This document shows positions 51,330 to 63,191 of a stretch of 64,000 nt of DNA, in pieces. How positions within the stretch are numbered: the stretch's first letter is position 1; every line of letters begins with the position of its first letter. The notes under the pieces are model-generated. The model worked only from the letters and a program-made list of their open reading frames with translations, was not told the origin of the DNA and made no database searches. Source of the stretch: Stegostoma tigrinum (lineage: Eukaryota); NCBI RefSeq assembly GCF_030684315.1, contig NC_081365.1:34251394-34315393 (forward strand). The letters are read 5' to 3'. Made by a program: the position numbers and the translations under genes.

Positions 51330-54052
51330 CTATAAACACCAGTCAATAGAATATTAACCCACCAACATCTGCTTTCCTAAATTAGTGCATGAGGGCTAGG
51401 ATCATGTTCCGTCAAGCAGATGGCAAATGGGAAAATCTCAAACAAGACGAGCAGATCCTCCAGCTTGAGGACTGGAACTTCAAGTATGTATGTCTTGGCA
51501 TGAGGACTTGCAGTTCACAGATGGTATTCACAGGCAGCACTGATCTGCCATGAGCTACATAACTGCAAAGTTGAAATTCTTTGCTCTCAAAGAGACTAGA
51601 TTGGCCAATAATGGAACAATATGTGAAGCCCATTACATAATCGACTATCCTCTGGCATGGCAAAAGTTCAGCTGACCACCTGTGAACATGAAGTAGGTTT
51701 CATTGTCCAAAAATAATGATAATTGAGATATTTGTTGTGACTGCTGAACACCTTCTTTCTCTTCATCAGCACTTATGGAGCAACCTTGTATCCATTGCTG
51801 AAAACAAAGATCACCCATATGTTGGTCTTGAATGATATTCTGGAGCATCAGCAATACGAATAAGGGTTATTTCTCCTGGAGGATGTTAATGCAAGAGTTA
51901 GATTTATTTTTGTCAAATATAACTTAGTCATCTTGGCATTGGCAAGATGAACAAAAATAGACAGTGACTATTAGAACGGTATGCACAGTGTGGTCTTTGT
52001 GTTCCTAACATCATCTTCCAGGGCAGAAATCAGCACACAGCACTATCCAGAATCTGGCCACTGGCACCAACTCCACCCAATAAACAGTGTTCCACATAAC
52101 TCTGCATCTATCACAGTACAGAGTGATACCAGTCACTCTCTCGTCCCTGACAGGGGGATGGTGCAACAATATATGCAAATCCAAATACATTGACATGCCA
52201 CACATCAATATTCCATGTAAAATTGATGAGAAGTTTCAGGAATACTCAGGTTTTTAAGACCCAGCATGCAGAAATTATTTCTGTCACTGAAGCAAAAATG
52301 TAGCTCAGCTGACTTCTAACCTGTCTCCTATACCTAAAGCACATTTCAATCTCAAGCAACAAATGAGATGTGTGGATCAGCAAGTTACTTTTATTAACCT
52401 CTTCCATTGGATATGGGTGTTGCTGGCTAGGTCTGCATTAATTGTCTATCCCTAATTACCCTGGGTGGGGTTAGATGCTACTGTCAAAGAGGCCATTGAC
52501 CCTGTGGCAGCAAGGGAAATCCCTGGAATAGATGGATTACCAGTTGAGCTGCTCAAATATAAAAAACTCCTGCTGCTGCTGCTATACCTTCATGACCTCT
52601 TCTTCCTCTGCTGGAGCTAAAAACTGTTCCCACAATGTGTGTAACACAAGTATCAAGTTACGCAAGAACAAAGGCAATTGAAGAGATTATAGCAACAACC
52701 ACAGAATCTCACTCCTCAGCATCACTAGAAAGTTCTTTGCTATTGTTGTACTAAGGAAGCTGTAATGACTAGCCTTGAGATTGTTCCTGATGTACAATGT
52801 GGTTGCAGAATGGGTAGATCCATAGCAGATATGATCTTATTAGAGAAAATAGGTGCTCCTTCCTTTATAACATGGACAGCAACATTCAGTTTGATAGTTC
52901 CACCTCTGATAGTTTTGTGATCAAGAATGGAATCAATTAGGGCTGCGCTGTAGTCCCTACTTTTTTTTAGGGTCCCTCACCTGTCTTACGGCAAGATTTA
53001 AGCATGGCGGGATGGCAACTTCCTGAACCTATCATGACTGAAAACCAAGTCAAATATGTAGAAAGTCACGATCAGAAAACTTCTGTACACAGGTGATGCT
53101 GCACCCACTGCCCAGGGAGATGAGCAGCTCCCAAGGCTCATGACATCACCCCGGTGTTGCGTTCACACACACCTACAGTATCAAGAAAACTAATTCTAAG
53201 ACAGAATATTGTGCCTCCACCAATGATTGGACACAATCAGGAGGTGATGGCCTCATGGTATTATCGCTGGACTATTAATCCAGAGACCCAGAGTATGTTC
53301 TGGCGACCTGGGTTCGAACCCTGCCATGGCAGATGGTAGAATTTGAATTCAATAAAATATCGGAATTAGGAATCTAATGATGACCATTGTTGATTGTTGG
53401 AAAAATCCACCTGGTTCACTAATATCCTTTAGGAAAGGAAACTGCCATCCTCACCTGGTCTGGCCTACATGTGACTCCAGATCCACAGCAATGTGGTTGA
53501 CTCTCAACTGCCCTCTGTTTAGGGATGGGCAATAAATGTTGCCTGGCCAGTGATGCCCTCATCCCATGAATGAATAAAGAAAAAAAAAATCACACACTTC
53601 TGAAAACATTCAAGCAATTCCGCCACCTTGGATCTTTGGCTAGAGAACTCCCCTCATGTTGAATTGCTCAGTACATGCATTGGAATGATAGTTACCAATA
53701 TTAGCTGACGAACTAAACAGCCATGGCATAATTACAAACTGACCTGAAGGATCAAGGTGTTTATCTACAAGTCGCTTATCCTCAGTGTATTGGTGTATAA
53801 CTGTAAAGCCTGGATAAACTATACCACCGTAAGAAGAATCTCAATATTCTCCATCCATGATATCTATATCACATCCTGGCACTCACAGAAACATGAATCA
53901 CCAAGTCCATATTTGGGCAAGTCTTGCAAACATGCTAACACTGATCAAGAAGGCTTCACTGGTTTGGGCATGCATGCAGGATCAAAGATGGCCACATCCT
54001 CAAAAGTATGCAATATGGGAAGGTAACCCTCAAGGTGCCCAATGCTCTGGCT
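51330..54052 (+). mobile_element. Degenerate RTE-clade LINE (EN + RT)
   Basis: ETRLA; LFLLEDVNARV; GIGKMNKN; SGHWHQL; PGIDGLPVELLK; ISLLSITRKFF; QCGCRMGRSIADMI; LLYTGDAA; VLVYNCKAW. Confidence 0.8.
53240..53590 (+). mobile_element. tRNA-headed SINE nested in the RTE element
   Basis: TGGCCTCATGG (A box), GGTTCGAACCC (B box), tail GGGATGGGCAATAAATG..ATCCCATGAATGAATAAA + poly(A). Confidence 0.9.
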
Positions 54053-54553
54053 AAAGAACAATTGAATTATTGTTGTCACATGAACTGAGATACAGTGAAA
54101 AGTGTTGTTTGTGTCATATTCAGGTAGATTGTACTATATAAATTGCATCAGAGCAGCAGAACAGTGTGCGGATTATAGTGTTACAGCCACAGAGAAGGTG
54201 CAGAGTGAGAGATCAGAATTAACATTTAAGAGGTCCATACAAAACTCGAATAAAAGCAAGGAAGAAGCTGTCCTTGAGTCTGTACATGTATTCTAACTTT
54301 TATACCTCTGCCTGATGGGAGAGGGTAGATGACAGCATAACTGGGGGTGGGAGAGGTCTTTGTTTATGTTGGTTGTTTTCCTGAAGTGGGAAATATAGAT
54401 GGAGTCAATGGATGGGAGGCTGGACTGCCTGATGGATTGAGCTGCATTCACAAGTCTCTGTGGCTTAGAACATAGAACATAGAACAGTACAGCACAGAAC
54501 AGGCCCTTCAGCCCACAATGTTGTGCCGACCATTGATCCTCATGGATGCACCC

Positions 54554-57454
54554 TCAAATTTCTGTGACCATATGCATGTCCAGCAGTCTCTTAAATGACC
54601 CCAATGACCTTGCTTCCACAACTGCTGCTGGCAACGCATTCCATGCTCTCACAACTCTCTGTGTAAAGAACCTGCCTCTGACATCCCCTCTATACTTTCC
54701 ACCAACCAGCTTAAAACTATGACCCCTCGTGCTAGCCATTTCTGCCCTGGGAAATAGTCTCTGGCTATCGACTCTATCTATGCCTCTCATTATCTTGTAT
54801 ACCTCAATTAGGTCCCCTCTCCTCCTCCTTTTCTCCAATGAAAAGAGACCGAGCTCAGTCAACCTCTCTTCATAAGATAAGCCCTCCAGTCCAGGCAGCA
54901 TCCTGGTAAACCTCCTCTGAACCCTCTCCAAAGCATCCACATCTTTCCTATAATAGGGCGCCCAGAACTGGACGCAGTATTCCAAGTGCGGTCTAACCAA
55001 AGTTTTATAGAGCTGCAACAAGATCTCACGACTCTTAAACTCAATCCCCCTGTTAATGAAAGCCAAAACACCATATGCTTTCTTAACAACCCTGTCCACT
55101 TGGGTGGCCGTTTTAAGGGATCTATGTATCTGCACACCAAGATCCCTCTGTTCCTCCACGCTGCCAAGAATCCTATCCTTAATCCTGTACTCAGCTTTCA
55201 AATTCGACCTTCCAAAATGCATCACCTCGCATTTATCCAGGTTGAACTCCATCTGCCACCTCTCAGCCCATCTCTGCATCCTGTCAATGTCCCGCTGCAG
55301 CCTACAACAGCCCTCTACACTGTCAACGACACCTCCGACCTTTGTGTCGTCTGCAAACTTGCTGACCCATCCTTCAATTCCCTCGTCCAAGTCATTAATA
55401 AAAATTACAAACAGTAGAGGCCCAAGGACAGAGCCCTGTGGAACCCCACTCACCACTGACTTCCAGGCAGAATATTTTCCTTCTACTACCACACGCTGTC
55501 TTCTGTTGGCCAGCCAATTCTGTATCCAAGCAGCTAAGTTCCCCTGTATCCCATTCCTCCTGACCTTCTGAATGAGCCTTCCATGGGGAACCTTATCAAA
55601 TGCCTTACTGAAGTCCATATACACCACATCCACAGCTCGACCCTCATCAACCTTACTAGTCACATCCTCAAAAAACTCGATAAGGTTTGTAAGGCATGAC
55701 CTACCCCTCACAAAGCCGTGTTGACTGTATTTGATCAAGCCATGCTCTTCCAGATGGTCATAAATCTTATCCCTCAGAATCCTTTCTAACACCTTGCAGA
55801 CGACAGACGTGAGACTTACCGGTCTATAATTGCCGGGGATTTCCCTATTTCCTTTCTTGAAGAGAGGAATTACATTTGCCTCTCTCCAGTCCTCAGGTAC
55901 GACTCCAGTGGAGAGCGAGGATGCAAAGATCTTCGCAAGTGGCGAAGCAATTGCATTTCTCGCTTCCCAAAGCAGCCGAGGACAAATCTGATCCGGGCCT
56001 GGCGACTTGTCAATCTTAATGTTTGACAAAATTTTCAGTACATCAGCTTCCTCTATCTCTATCCATTCCAGCATGCACACCTGCTCTTCAAAGGTTTCAT
56101 TCACTACACAGTTTGTTTCTTTCGTAAAGACAGAAGCAAAAAACTCATTTAGGGCTTCCCCTACCTCCTCAGGCTCCACACACAAGTTCCCTATGCTATC
56201 CCTGATCGGCCCTACTCTTTCTTTGACCATTCTCTTATTCCTCACGTAAGTGTAAAATGCCTTTGTGTTTTCCCGGATTCCTTCTGCCAAGCCTTTCTCG
56301 TGCCCCCTCCTGGCTCTCCTCAGACCATTTTTGAGCTCCTTCCTTGCCTGCATGTAATCCTCTCTAGCTGAACTTGACCCTAGCTTCCTCCACCTTATGT
56401 AAGCTACCTTCTTCCTTTTCACTAGAAGCTCCACCGCTCTCGTCATCCAAGGTTCCTTTATCTTACCCCTTCTTGCCTGTCTCAGAGGGACATATTTACT
56501 CATCACTCCCAACAACTGTTCCTTAAACCATCTCCACATGTCTATAGTTCCCTTACCATGGAACAACTGCTCCCAGTCCATGCTTCCTAACTCGTGTCTA
56601 ATCGCATCATAGTTTCCTCTTCCCCAATTAAATATCCTCCCATTCTGCCTAATCCTCTCCTTCTCCATAGCTATGTAGAATGAGAGAGTGTTATGGTCAC
56701 TATCACCAAAATGCTCTCCCACCACAAGATCTGATACCTGCCCCGGCTCGTTTCCGAGCACCAAGTCTAGAATGGCCTCTCCCCTCGTCGGCCTGTCAAC
56801 GTACTGCGTTAGGAAACCCTCCTGAACACACCTTACAAAAACAGCTCCATTCAAATCTTCTGCTCGAAGGAGGTTCCAATCAATATTAGGAAAGTTAAAG
56901 TCACCCATTACAACAACCCTACTGCGTCCACACTTTTCCAAAATCTGTCGACCTATGCTTTCTTCAATCTCCCTGCTGCTATTGGGGGGCCTGTAGTAAA
57001 CCCCTAACGAGGTGACTACTCCCTTGCTGTTCCTAATTTCCACCCATACTGACTCAGTAGGCAGATCTTCCTCGACAATGGAAGCTTCTGTAGCTGTGAT
57101 ACCCTCTCTGATTAGTAGTGCTACACCCCCTCCTCTTTTTCCCCCCTCCCTATTCTTTTTAAATGTTCTAAACCCTGGAACATCCAGCAACCATTCCTGC
57201 CCATGAGAAACCCATGTCTCTGTTATGGCCGCAACATCATAGCACCAGGTACTGATCCATGCTCTAAGTTCATCACTTTTATTCCTGATACTCCTTGCAT
57301 TAAAGCAAACACACTTTAACCGATCCCTTGGTTCCTTCCCAGGAAAATCCTTCCCACTAGCTGGTCTACCTCTTGCTACTGCCTCACCTGCATCAACGCT
57401 CACCTCTGGTATACAGCTCAGGTTCCCACCCCCCTGCCATACTAGTTTAAACCC
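54554..57454 (-). CDS. CR1 ORF2: APE endonuclease + reverse transcriptase, intact, no AUG start
   Basis: FNARSI, ITETW, YYRPP, MGDFNFP, DSDH, YMDFSKAFDKVPH, GVPQGSVLGP, KFADD. The ORF-track start at 57562 is TTG; the first ATG (56908) lies inside the EN domain. Confidence 0.95.
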   Translation of the reverse strand, partial: GFKLVWQGGGNLSCIPEVSVDAGEAVARGRPASGKDFPGKEPRDRLKCVCFNARSIRNKSDELRAWISTWCYDVAAITETWVSHGQEWLLDVPGFRTFKKNREGGKRGGGVALLIREGITATEASIVEEDLPTESVWVEIRNSKGVVTSLGVYYRPPNSSREIEESIGRQILEKCGRSRVVVMGDFNFPNIDWNLLRAEDLNGAVFVRCVQEGFLTQYVDRPTRGEAILDLVLGNEPGQVSDLVVGEHFGDSDHNTLSFYIAMEKERIRQNGRIFNWGRGNYDAIRHELGSMDWEQLFHGKGTIDMWRWFKEQLLGVMSKYVPLRQARRGKIKEPWMTRAVELLVKRKKVAYIRWRKLGSSSAREDYMQARKELKNGLRRARRGHEKGLAEGIRENTKAFYTYVRNKRMVKERVGPIRDSIGNLCVEPEEVGEALNEFFASVFTKETNCVVNETFEEQVCMLEWIEIEEADVLKILSNIKIDKSPGPDQICPRLLWEARNAIASPLAKIFASSLSTGVVPEDWREANVIPLFKKGNREIPGNYRPVSLTSVVCKVLERILRDKIYDHLEEHGLIKYSQHGFVRGRSCLTNLIEFFEDVTSKVDEGRAVDVVYMDFSKAFDKVPHGRLIQKVRRNGIQGNLAAWIQNWLANRRQRVVVEGKYSAWKSVVSGVPQGSVLGPLLFVIFINDLDEGIEGWVSKFADDTKVGGVVDSVEGCCRLQRDIDRMQRWAERWQMEFNLDKCEVMHFGRSNLKAEYRIKDRILGSVEEQRDLGVQIHRSLKTATQVDRVVKKAYGVLAFINRGIEFKSREILLQLYKTLVRPHLEYCVQFWAPYYRKDVDALERVQRRFTRMLPGLEGLSYEERLTELGLFSLEKRRRRGDLIEVYKIMRGIDRVDSQRLFPRAEMASTRGHSFKLVGGKYRGDVRGRFFTQRVVRAWNALPAAVVEARSLGSFKRLLDMHMVTEI

Positions 57455-58059
57455 TCTCGAACTACTCGAGCAAACCTTCCACCCAGGACATTGGTCCCCT
57501 TCCAGTTCAGATGCAACCCGTCCTTCTTGTACAGGTCCCACCTTCCCCAGAAGGCATCCCAATTATCAACATATCTGAAGCCCTCCCTCCTACACCAGCT
57601 GCGTAGCCACGTGTTCAGCTGCGCCCGCTCCCTGTTCCTCACCTCGCTATCTCGTGGCACCGGTAGTAAACCAGAGAACACTACTCTGTTCGTCCTGCTC
57701 TGCAGCTTCCATCCTAACTCCCTGAAATCACTTTTTATATCCTCAAACCTATTTCTGGCTATATCATTTGTGCCAATATGTAACACGATTTCTGGCTGTT
57801 CACCCTCCCCTTTCAGAACTTTATACACCCGATCGGAGACGTCCCGGACCCTGGCACCAGGGAGGCAACATACCTTCCGGGAATCCCGATCTTGCCCACA
57901 AAATCTCCTGTCGATTCCCCTAACTATCGAGTCCCCTACCACGAGTACTTTTCTATTCTGCCCCCTTCCCTTCTTTGCCACAGTGTCAGGCTCAGTGCCA
58001 GAGAACTGACTACTATGGCTTTCCTCTGGTAGGTCAACCCCCCCAGCAGTATCCAAAAC
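57442..58059 (-). CDS. CR1 ORF1 C-terminal SGNH/GDSL esterase domain (N-terminus lost)
   Basis: VVGDS, LPGA, HIGTND and DGLH blocks all intact. Confidence 0.92.
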   Translation of the reverse strand, partial: VLDTAGGVDLPEESHSSQFSGTEPDTVAKKGRGQNRKVLVVGDSIVRGIDRRFCGQDRDSRKVCCLPGARVRDVSDRVYKVLKGEGEQPEIVLHIGTNDIARNRFEDIKSDFRELGWKLQSRTNRVVFSGLLPVPRDSEVRNRERAQLNTWLRSWCRREGFRYVDNWDAFWGRWDLYKKDGLHLNWKGTNVLGGRFARVVREGLN

Positions 58060-59657
58060 GGCTTCTTGTGTCTAAGGAAAATTAGTTGCCATACCAGGCT
58101 GTGATGCATCCAGATAGGATGCTATGACACATCCATAAAAATTGTTAAGAGACACTGGAGACTTGCAAAATTTCCTTAGTCTCCTGAGGAAGTAGAGATG
58201 TTATTATGCTTTCTTGACCGTTGCGTTGATGTGGGAGGATCAGGACAGGTTATTGGTGATCATTACTCCCAGGAACTTAGTGCTCTCAGCTATCTCCATC
58301 TCAGTATCGATGAGGTTAAAAGAGACATAAATGTCCTTAGCACCAATCACAGAGTGTTAGTGAGCAGAAATGATAATCAATGTGAACAGCAACACCAGCT
58401 GTATACAGCAGTTTGCCACCACACATCAAGTGGTTTCCAAAGCTCCAAAACAGGTGTCAGGCATGCAGACAAGGTGCAAGTAAAAATCATCCCTTGGATC
58501 TTTAAAGACTTCAACCAACTCCAAGTAACTTTTAGTCAGGCAGAACACTCCAGCATAAACTTTTGAAACTTTTAATCTGTAATGCCAGTGATAGAATTCC
58601 CACACCTGTGAGCCATCAGGATGGTTTACTGATTTAAAGGTGCTATGTACACACAATTTTTTGATTATTGCCTGAGATGGAAAACATGCTTTATCTTAAT
58701 ATTTTATCGACTGTGAGATTGTATTATAAAGTAATGTAAAAGCTATATTTATTTCATAGTCTCTATTTCTGAACACAGAGATTCTGGAGTACAACTGCTA
58801 GAAAAGGGTTGATCCATGAGTGAGCACTCCAGCGTTCATTTACCAATATGGAACACATGTCAGGAACACAGATTACTGAGACAGTCTTACTGGCTGGTTT
58901 TACCTAGGGCTTAATATGAAGATGTTTGATCATATGCTGAAGTGCAAACAGTAATTGGGTTATACATAAATTTCAATTATTACCTCAGCTCTTGATAGTT
59001 ACCTGTCGAAACCAGCATTCAAAATGCTTTTCAGTGGGGAATGGTCTGCAACAATGCATTGATGAATGGGTACACACCATATGTACAGTTTATAGTCAGT
59101 TGTGCTGCGTTTGACAGTAGAACCTATAATTACTTTCCGCATTAACAGTTGGAGCAGAGACTCCTCAGGGTTGGATTGACTCCAATGTGATTCAGCTCAC
59201 CATGAAAGATTAGAATTGAATGAATTTGTCAATAAATTGGTTTGGACATGTAAATGTTACGAGAGAAAGCTGTATCAGACACCTAGCTAACCAAAAGGAA
59301 GTGAAATTGGTTTGGTCAGCCACAAGTCACTGAGTGGATACAAGTCCAGATCACAGAATTGTTTCAGTTAACACTGACTGGTACCAAAGTGTTTGTATCA
59401 CTCAGGGCAGCTTCAGTAGGAAACAGAAGTGTCATAAGGGTGCGAGATGTTCCTCTGTTTCACAACTTATCGGAGAAGTGGAGAATTAATGGAATGTTTT
59501 AAAGTTATGAAATGTACTGTTGTAGTGAGTTGAGAAGGGCAGATTTAGCTGTTTGTGAATCGACAGTTAATTGCTGTCTTGATGTCAATGGCAGTCACCC
59601 CAGCACTCCTTCTGGAGTTCAGTTCCCTTGTCCCTCTTCAGATCAAGGCTGCAATAT

Positions 59658-60000
59658 TGATTGATTGATTTATTGTCACATGCACCAAAGTAGAGTTGAA
59701 AGGTTTTTTTACGAGTAGTACAAGTGGATCATAGTAAGCAAGGATGTATAGATCAAAAAGACTTAGACAGAGGTATACAAGTTACATTGCACTGGGCATG
59801 CACTAGGTGAGATCCATGTTAGCAAGACCAGCATTATTTGAGGCTAGAGAGTCTGTTCATCAGTCTAATAACAGCTGGGAAGAAGTTGTTCCTGGACCTG
59901 CTGGTTTGTGTGTTCAAGCTTCTGTATCTTCTGCCTGCCTGCATGGTCTTGGCAGAACCCAAGCTGAGGTTCAGTGAGCAGGTTATTGTTGTGCTTGATA
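59658..60000 (-). mobile_element. Rex1-like LINE 3' tail
   Basis: (TTGA)n TTTATTGTCACATG tail; body homologous to 54062-54330. Confidence 0.55.
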
Positions 60001-60164
60001 GCACTTAATTCCTTCCAAACACATGACATTTGATCATCTCTGATATATCTAGATGCTTTCCAATACTAATGTGTGGGGAACACATTCCATTGTGGTCTCG
60101 TCTCTGGACAAGTCATTTGTCCTGAAACGGCCTGGTGAGATATTCAGTTATAACAAACGTCCGT

Positions 60165-60705
60165 AGTGCGGCCTCATTTGGAATATTGCGTGCAGTTCTA
60201 GTCATCCCATTACAGGAAGGATGTGGAAGCATTGGAAAAAGTGCAGAGGAGATTTACCAGGATGTTGCCTGGTCTGGAGCGCAGGTCCTATGAAGAAAGG
60301 CTGAGGGACTTGGGTCTGTTCTCATTGGAGAGAAGGAGGCTAACAGGGGATTTAATAGAGACATACAAGATGATCAGAGGATTAGATAGGGTGGACAGTG
60401 AGAGTCTTTTTCCGAGGATGATGATGATGTCAGCTTGTACAAGGGGGCATAGCTACAAATTGAGGGGTGAATGGTTTGAGACAGATGTCAGAGGCAGGTT
60501 CTTCACTCAGAGTGGTAAGGGTGTGGAACACCCTGCCTGCCAATGTAGTTAACTCAGCCACATTAGGGGTATTTAAACAGTCCTTGGATAAGCATATGGA
60601 TAATGATGAGATAGTGTAGCGGGTGGGGCTTAGATTAGTTCACAGGTCGGCGCAACATCGAAGGCCGAAGGGCCTGTTCTGCGCTGAATTGTTCTATGTT
60701 CTAAA
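60165..60705 (+). mobile_element. CR1 3' end
   Basis: RPHLEYCVQF..ALEKVQRRFTRMLPGLE; tail GTTCTATGTTCTA. Confidence 0.95.
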
Positions 60706-62387
60706 TCTAAAAGGAATTAAACTGTTGGACAATCCAGTATCAACATAGGCACTGGAAATGATAACAGGTAAGTGCTCCTTACTAACATTTAGGGATTCGT
60801 GCCAAAATTGGGGGTTAGTCAAGCAAAAGCCTGACAGTCATATTCATGGAATCATCTTACTGAGAAATTCCCTAGGCAACACCATCACCATGCCTGGGTA
60901 TATCTTGTCCTACCAGTAAGGCAGACCATCCAGTTGTATGAAGTGAGGGGTTGGGGAGGGGGTGATGCCCTGGGTGTTCTCAACATTAATTTCAGATCTC
61001 ATAACATCCTATGGTATCATGTCAAATATGGGCAAGGGAACCTCTTGCTGATCACCACCTACCACCTCCCACTCCCCAGCTGATGAGTCAATGTGTCTCC
61101 ATGTTGAACAACACTTGGAAGAAGCATGAGGATAGCAGGGGGATAGAATATGCTCTGGATGGGTGACTTCAGTGTCCATCACCGAGGGTATCTCGGCAAT
61201 GCCAATATGACTAAGCTGGCCCAGTCCTAAAGGATATACCTGCTGGACGGAGCATGCAGCAGAAATGGAGGAAACCAACAAGAGGAAAGCTATTTGACCT
61301 AATTCTCACCTGTTGCATACATGTCAGTCCATGACATTATTAGGAAGCGTAACCATTGCTCAATCCTTGTGGAAATGCAATCCTGTCTTCATATTGAGAA
61401 TATCTTCCATTGTTTTATGCTAAATGGGATCAACTTGAAACTTATTGTACAACTCAAAACAACGAATCCATGTGGCTGTATGGGGACATGATGGCCTAGT
61501 GGTATTATCACCAGACTGTTAATCCAGAGAGCCAGATAACATTCAAGGTGCCAGGGTTTGAATCATGCCACAGATGATGGTGGAATTCGAATTCATTTAA
61601 AAAAAAATCTGGAATTAGGAATCCAATGATGACACTGAATCCATTGTCAATTGTCAGAAGAACCCATCTGTTTCACTAATGTCCTTTAGGGAAGGAAACC
61701 GCCATCCTTGCCTGGTCAGGCCTACATGTGACTCCAGACCCACAGCAATGTGGTTGACTCTGAATTGTCCTCTGGGCAATTAGGGATGGGCAATAAATGC
61801 TGTCTAGCCAGTGAAGCCCTCATCCCGTTAATGAATAAAAAAAAGTTCTGGGCCATCAACAGTAGCAGATTGTATTCAATCACAGATTGTAATTTCATTT
61901 TCCCCACTGTACTATTATCAACAAGCCAAAGGATCAACACAAGAAAGCATACCAAGAGAAGCATCAAACATACCTACAAAGGAACTGTCAACCTGTCAAA
62001 CATCCACTCCTTCCACCACTAATGCTCAGTAACAGCCGTGTGTACTATCTACAAATGCACTGCAGAAATTCACCAAAGATCTTTAGGCAGAACTTCCCAA
62101 ACCCACAAACTCTTCCATCCTGAAGGACAAGGGCAGCAGATACATGGGAACACCGCCAACTTCAAGTTTCCCTCCAAGCCACTCACCATCCTGACTTGGA
62201 AATATATGAGCATTCCTTTAAAATCCTGGAATTCCCTCCCTACGGGCATTATCAGTCATCCCACAGCAGGTGGACTGTAGTGCTTCAAGAGGGCAGCTCA
62301 CAAACATGTTGTCAAGGACAACTAGGGATGAGCAATAAATGCTGACCAGCCAGCGATGCCCACATCCCGCAAATGAATTTAAAAAAC
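60706..62387 (+). mobile_element. CR1-group LINE (same family as 29840) with EN domain, RT deleted, 3' tail present
   Basis: GFVPKLG..LVKQKPD, TMPGY, LWMGDFSVHH, PTRGKLFDLILT; jumps to C-terminus and tail at ~61995; a 5' piece lies at ~60120-60160, before the CR1 insertion. Confidence 0.75.
61480..61843 (+). mobile_element. tRNA-headed SINE nested in its partner LINE
   Basis: TGGCCTAGTGG A box, GGTTTGAATC B box, same body and tail as 53240. Confidence 0.9.
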
Positions 62388-62836
62388 CTGGTGAAGATAC
62401 AACATAGGATAAGTTGCATGCCAAACCACATAAGCATAAAGTGATCCCACAACCATCTCATTAGATGCATGTTCTGCAGTCTTGAACATCTAATTGTGAA
62501 CGGTGGTGGACAATTACACAACTGACAGGAGGAAAAAGCCAGTTTCAGTTTGCTGTTACTTCATTCTTGACAAAACACTTCAGTCATTTCATTTTGAAAC
62601 AAAAAGGGTTTGTAGAACAATGGATGGGAATTGGTGAAGTGATTTTTATTCATTAAGAGAGAGAAAATAGTGAAAAATACAGATCCATTTCCAGCTTCTT
62701 CAGAGAATACGGATGTGTATTTGTCAACATTTGCATTACTTTTCTTCCAATTTATTTTCAGCAATTGCTATTACAAATTATGCATTTAACTAAGCATTTT
62801 CCTACTTTCACCTGAAGCCATATCCCAAATAGTGAG

Positions 62837-63040
62837 ATAACAAAATGTGGAGCTGGATGAACACAGCAGGCCAAGCAGCATCTCAGGAGCACAAAAGCTG
62901 ACGTTTCAGGCCTAGACCCTTCATCAGAGGTCTAGGCCCAAAATGTCAGCTTTTGTGCTCCGGAGATGCTGCTTGGCCTGCTGTGTTCATCCAGCTCCAC
63001 ACTTTGTTACCTCGGATTCTCCAGCAACTGCAGTTCCCAT
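62837..63040. mobile_element. Penelope pLTR palindrome, copy 1
   Basis: ~85-bp inverted arms plus right-side extension; TSD TATCCCAAATAGTGAG at 62821-62836 and 63041-63056. Confidence 0.9.
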
Positions 63041-63191
63041 TATCCCAAATAGTGAGTACCATTTGCAGCAAAGGTTAATGATTTGTGACTGACAAGTTAA
63101 CTCACCCAACACAATGTAAAGTGTGAATCTCAGTATGCTTGCATCTTACAGCCTTCAAAAGTGGTGGCAAAAAATATTTTCAATCATTGTT

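Larger units (their letters stand above)
54467..58059 (-). mobile_element. Young CR1/HER1-like LINE, 5'-truncated inside ORF1
   Basis: Uninterrupted ORF1 part and ORF2; (GTTCTAT)n tail; TSD GGCTT at 54462-54466 and 58060-58064. Confidence 0.97.
54062..58310 (-). mobile_element. Rex1/Babar-like LINE 3' fragment (54062-54466 and 58060-58310) interrupted by CR1
   Basis: Sequence appears continuous across the CR1 insertion (..CTCTGTGGCTT|CTTGTG..GTTGCCATACCAGGCTGTGATGCA); tail matches 33590-33775. Confidence 0.6.

Noticed and set aside
57455-57562. ORF-track N-terminal extension of ORF2 (MGCLLGK...)
   Set aside because: Starts at TTG and overlaps ORF1 coding sequence; no support as a real start.
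55056-58009. Long + strand ORFs antisense to CR1
   Set aside because: Shadow frames of the LINE ORFs, seen likewise over other CR1 copies.
62561-62767. Possible extra CD247 exon (QLLKINWKK..DKYTSVFSEE)
   Set aside because: Does not form ITAM spacing; resembles a CR1 linker remnant (N.YF.SVFT.E).
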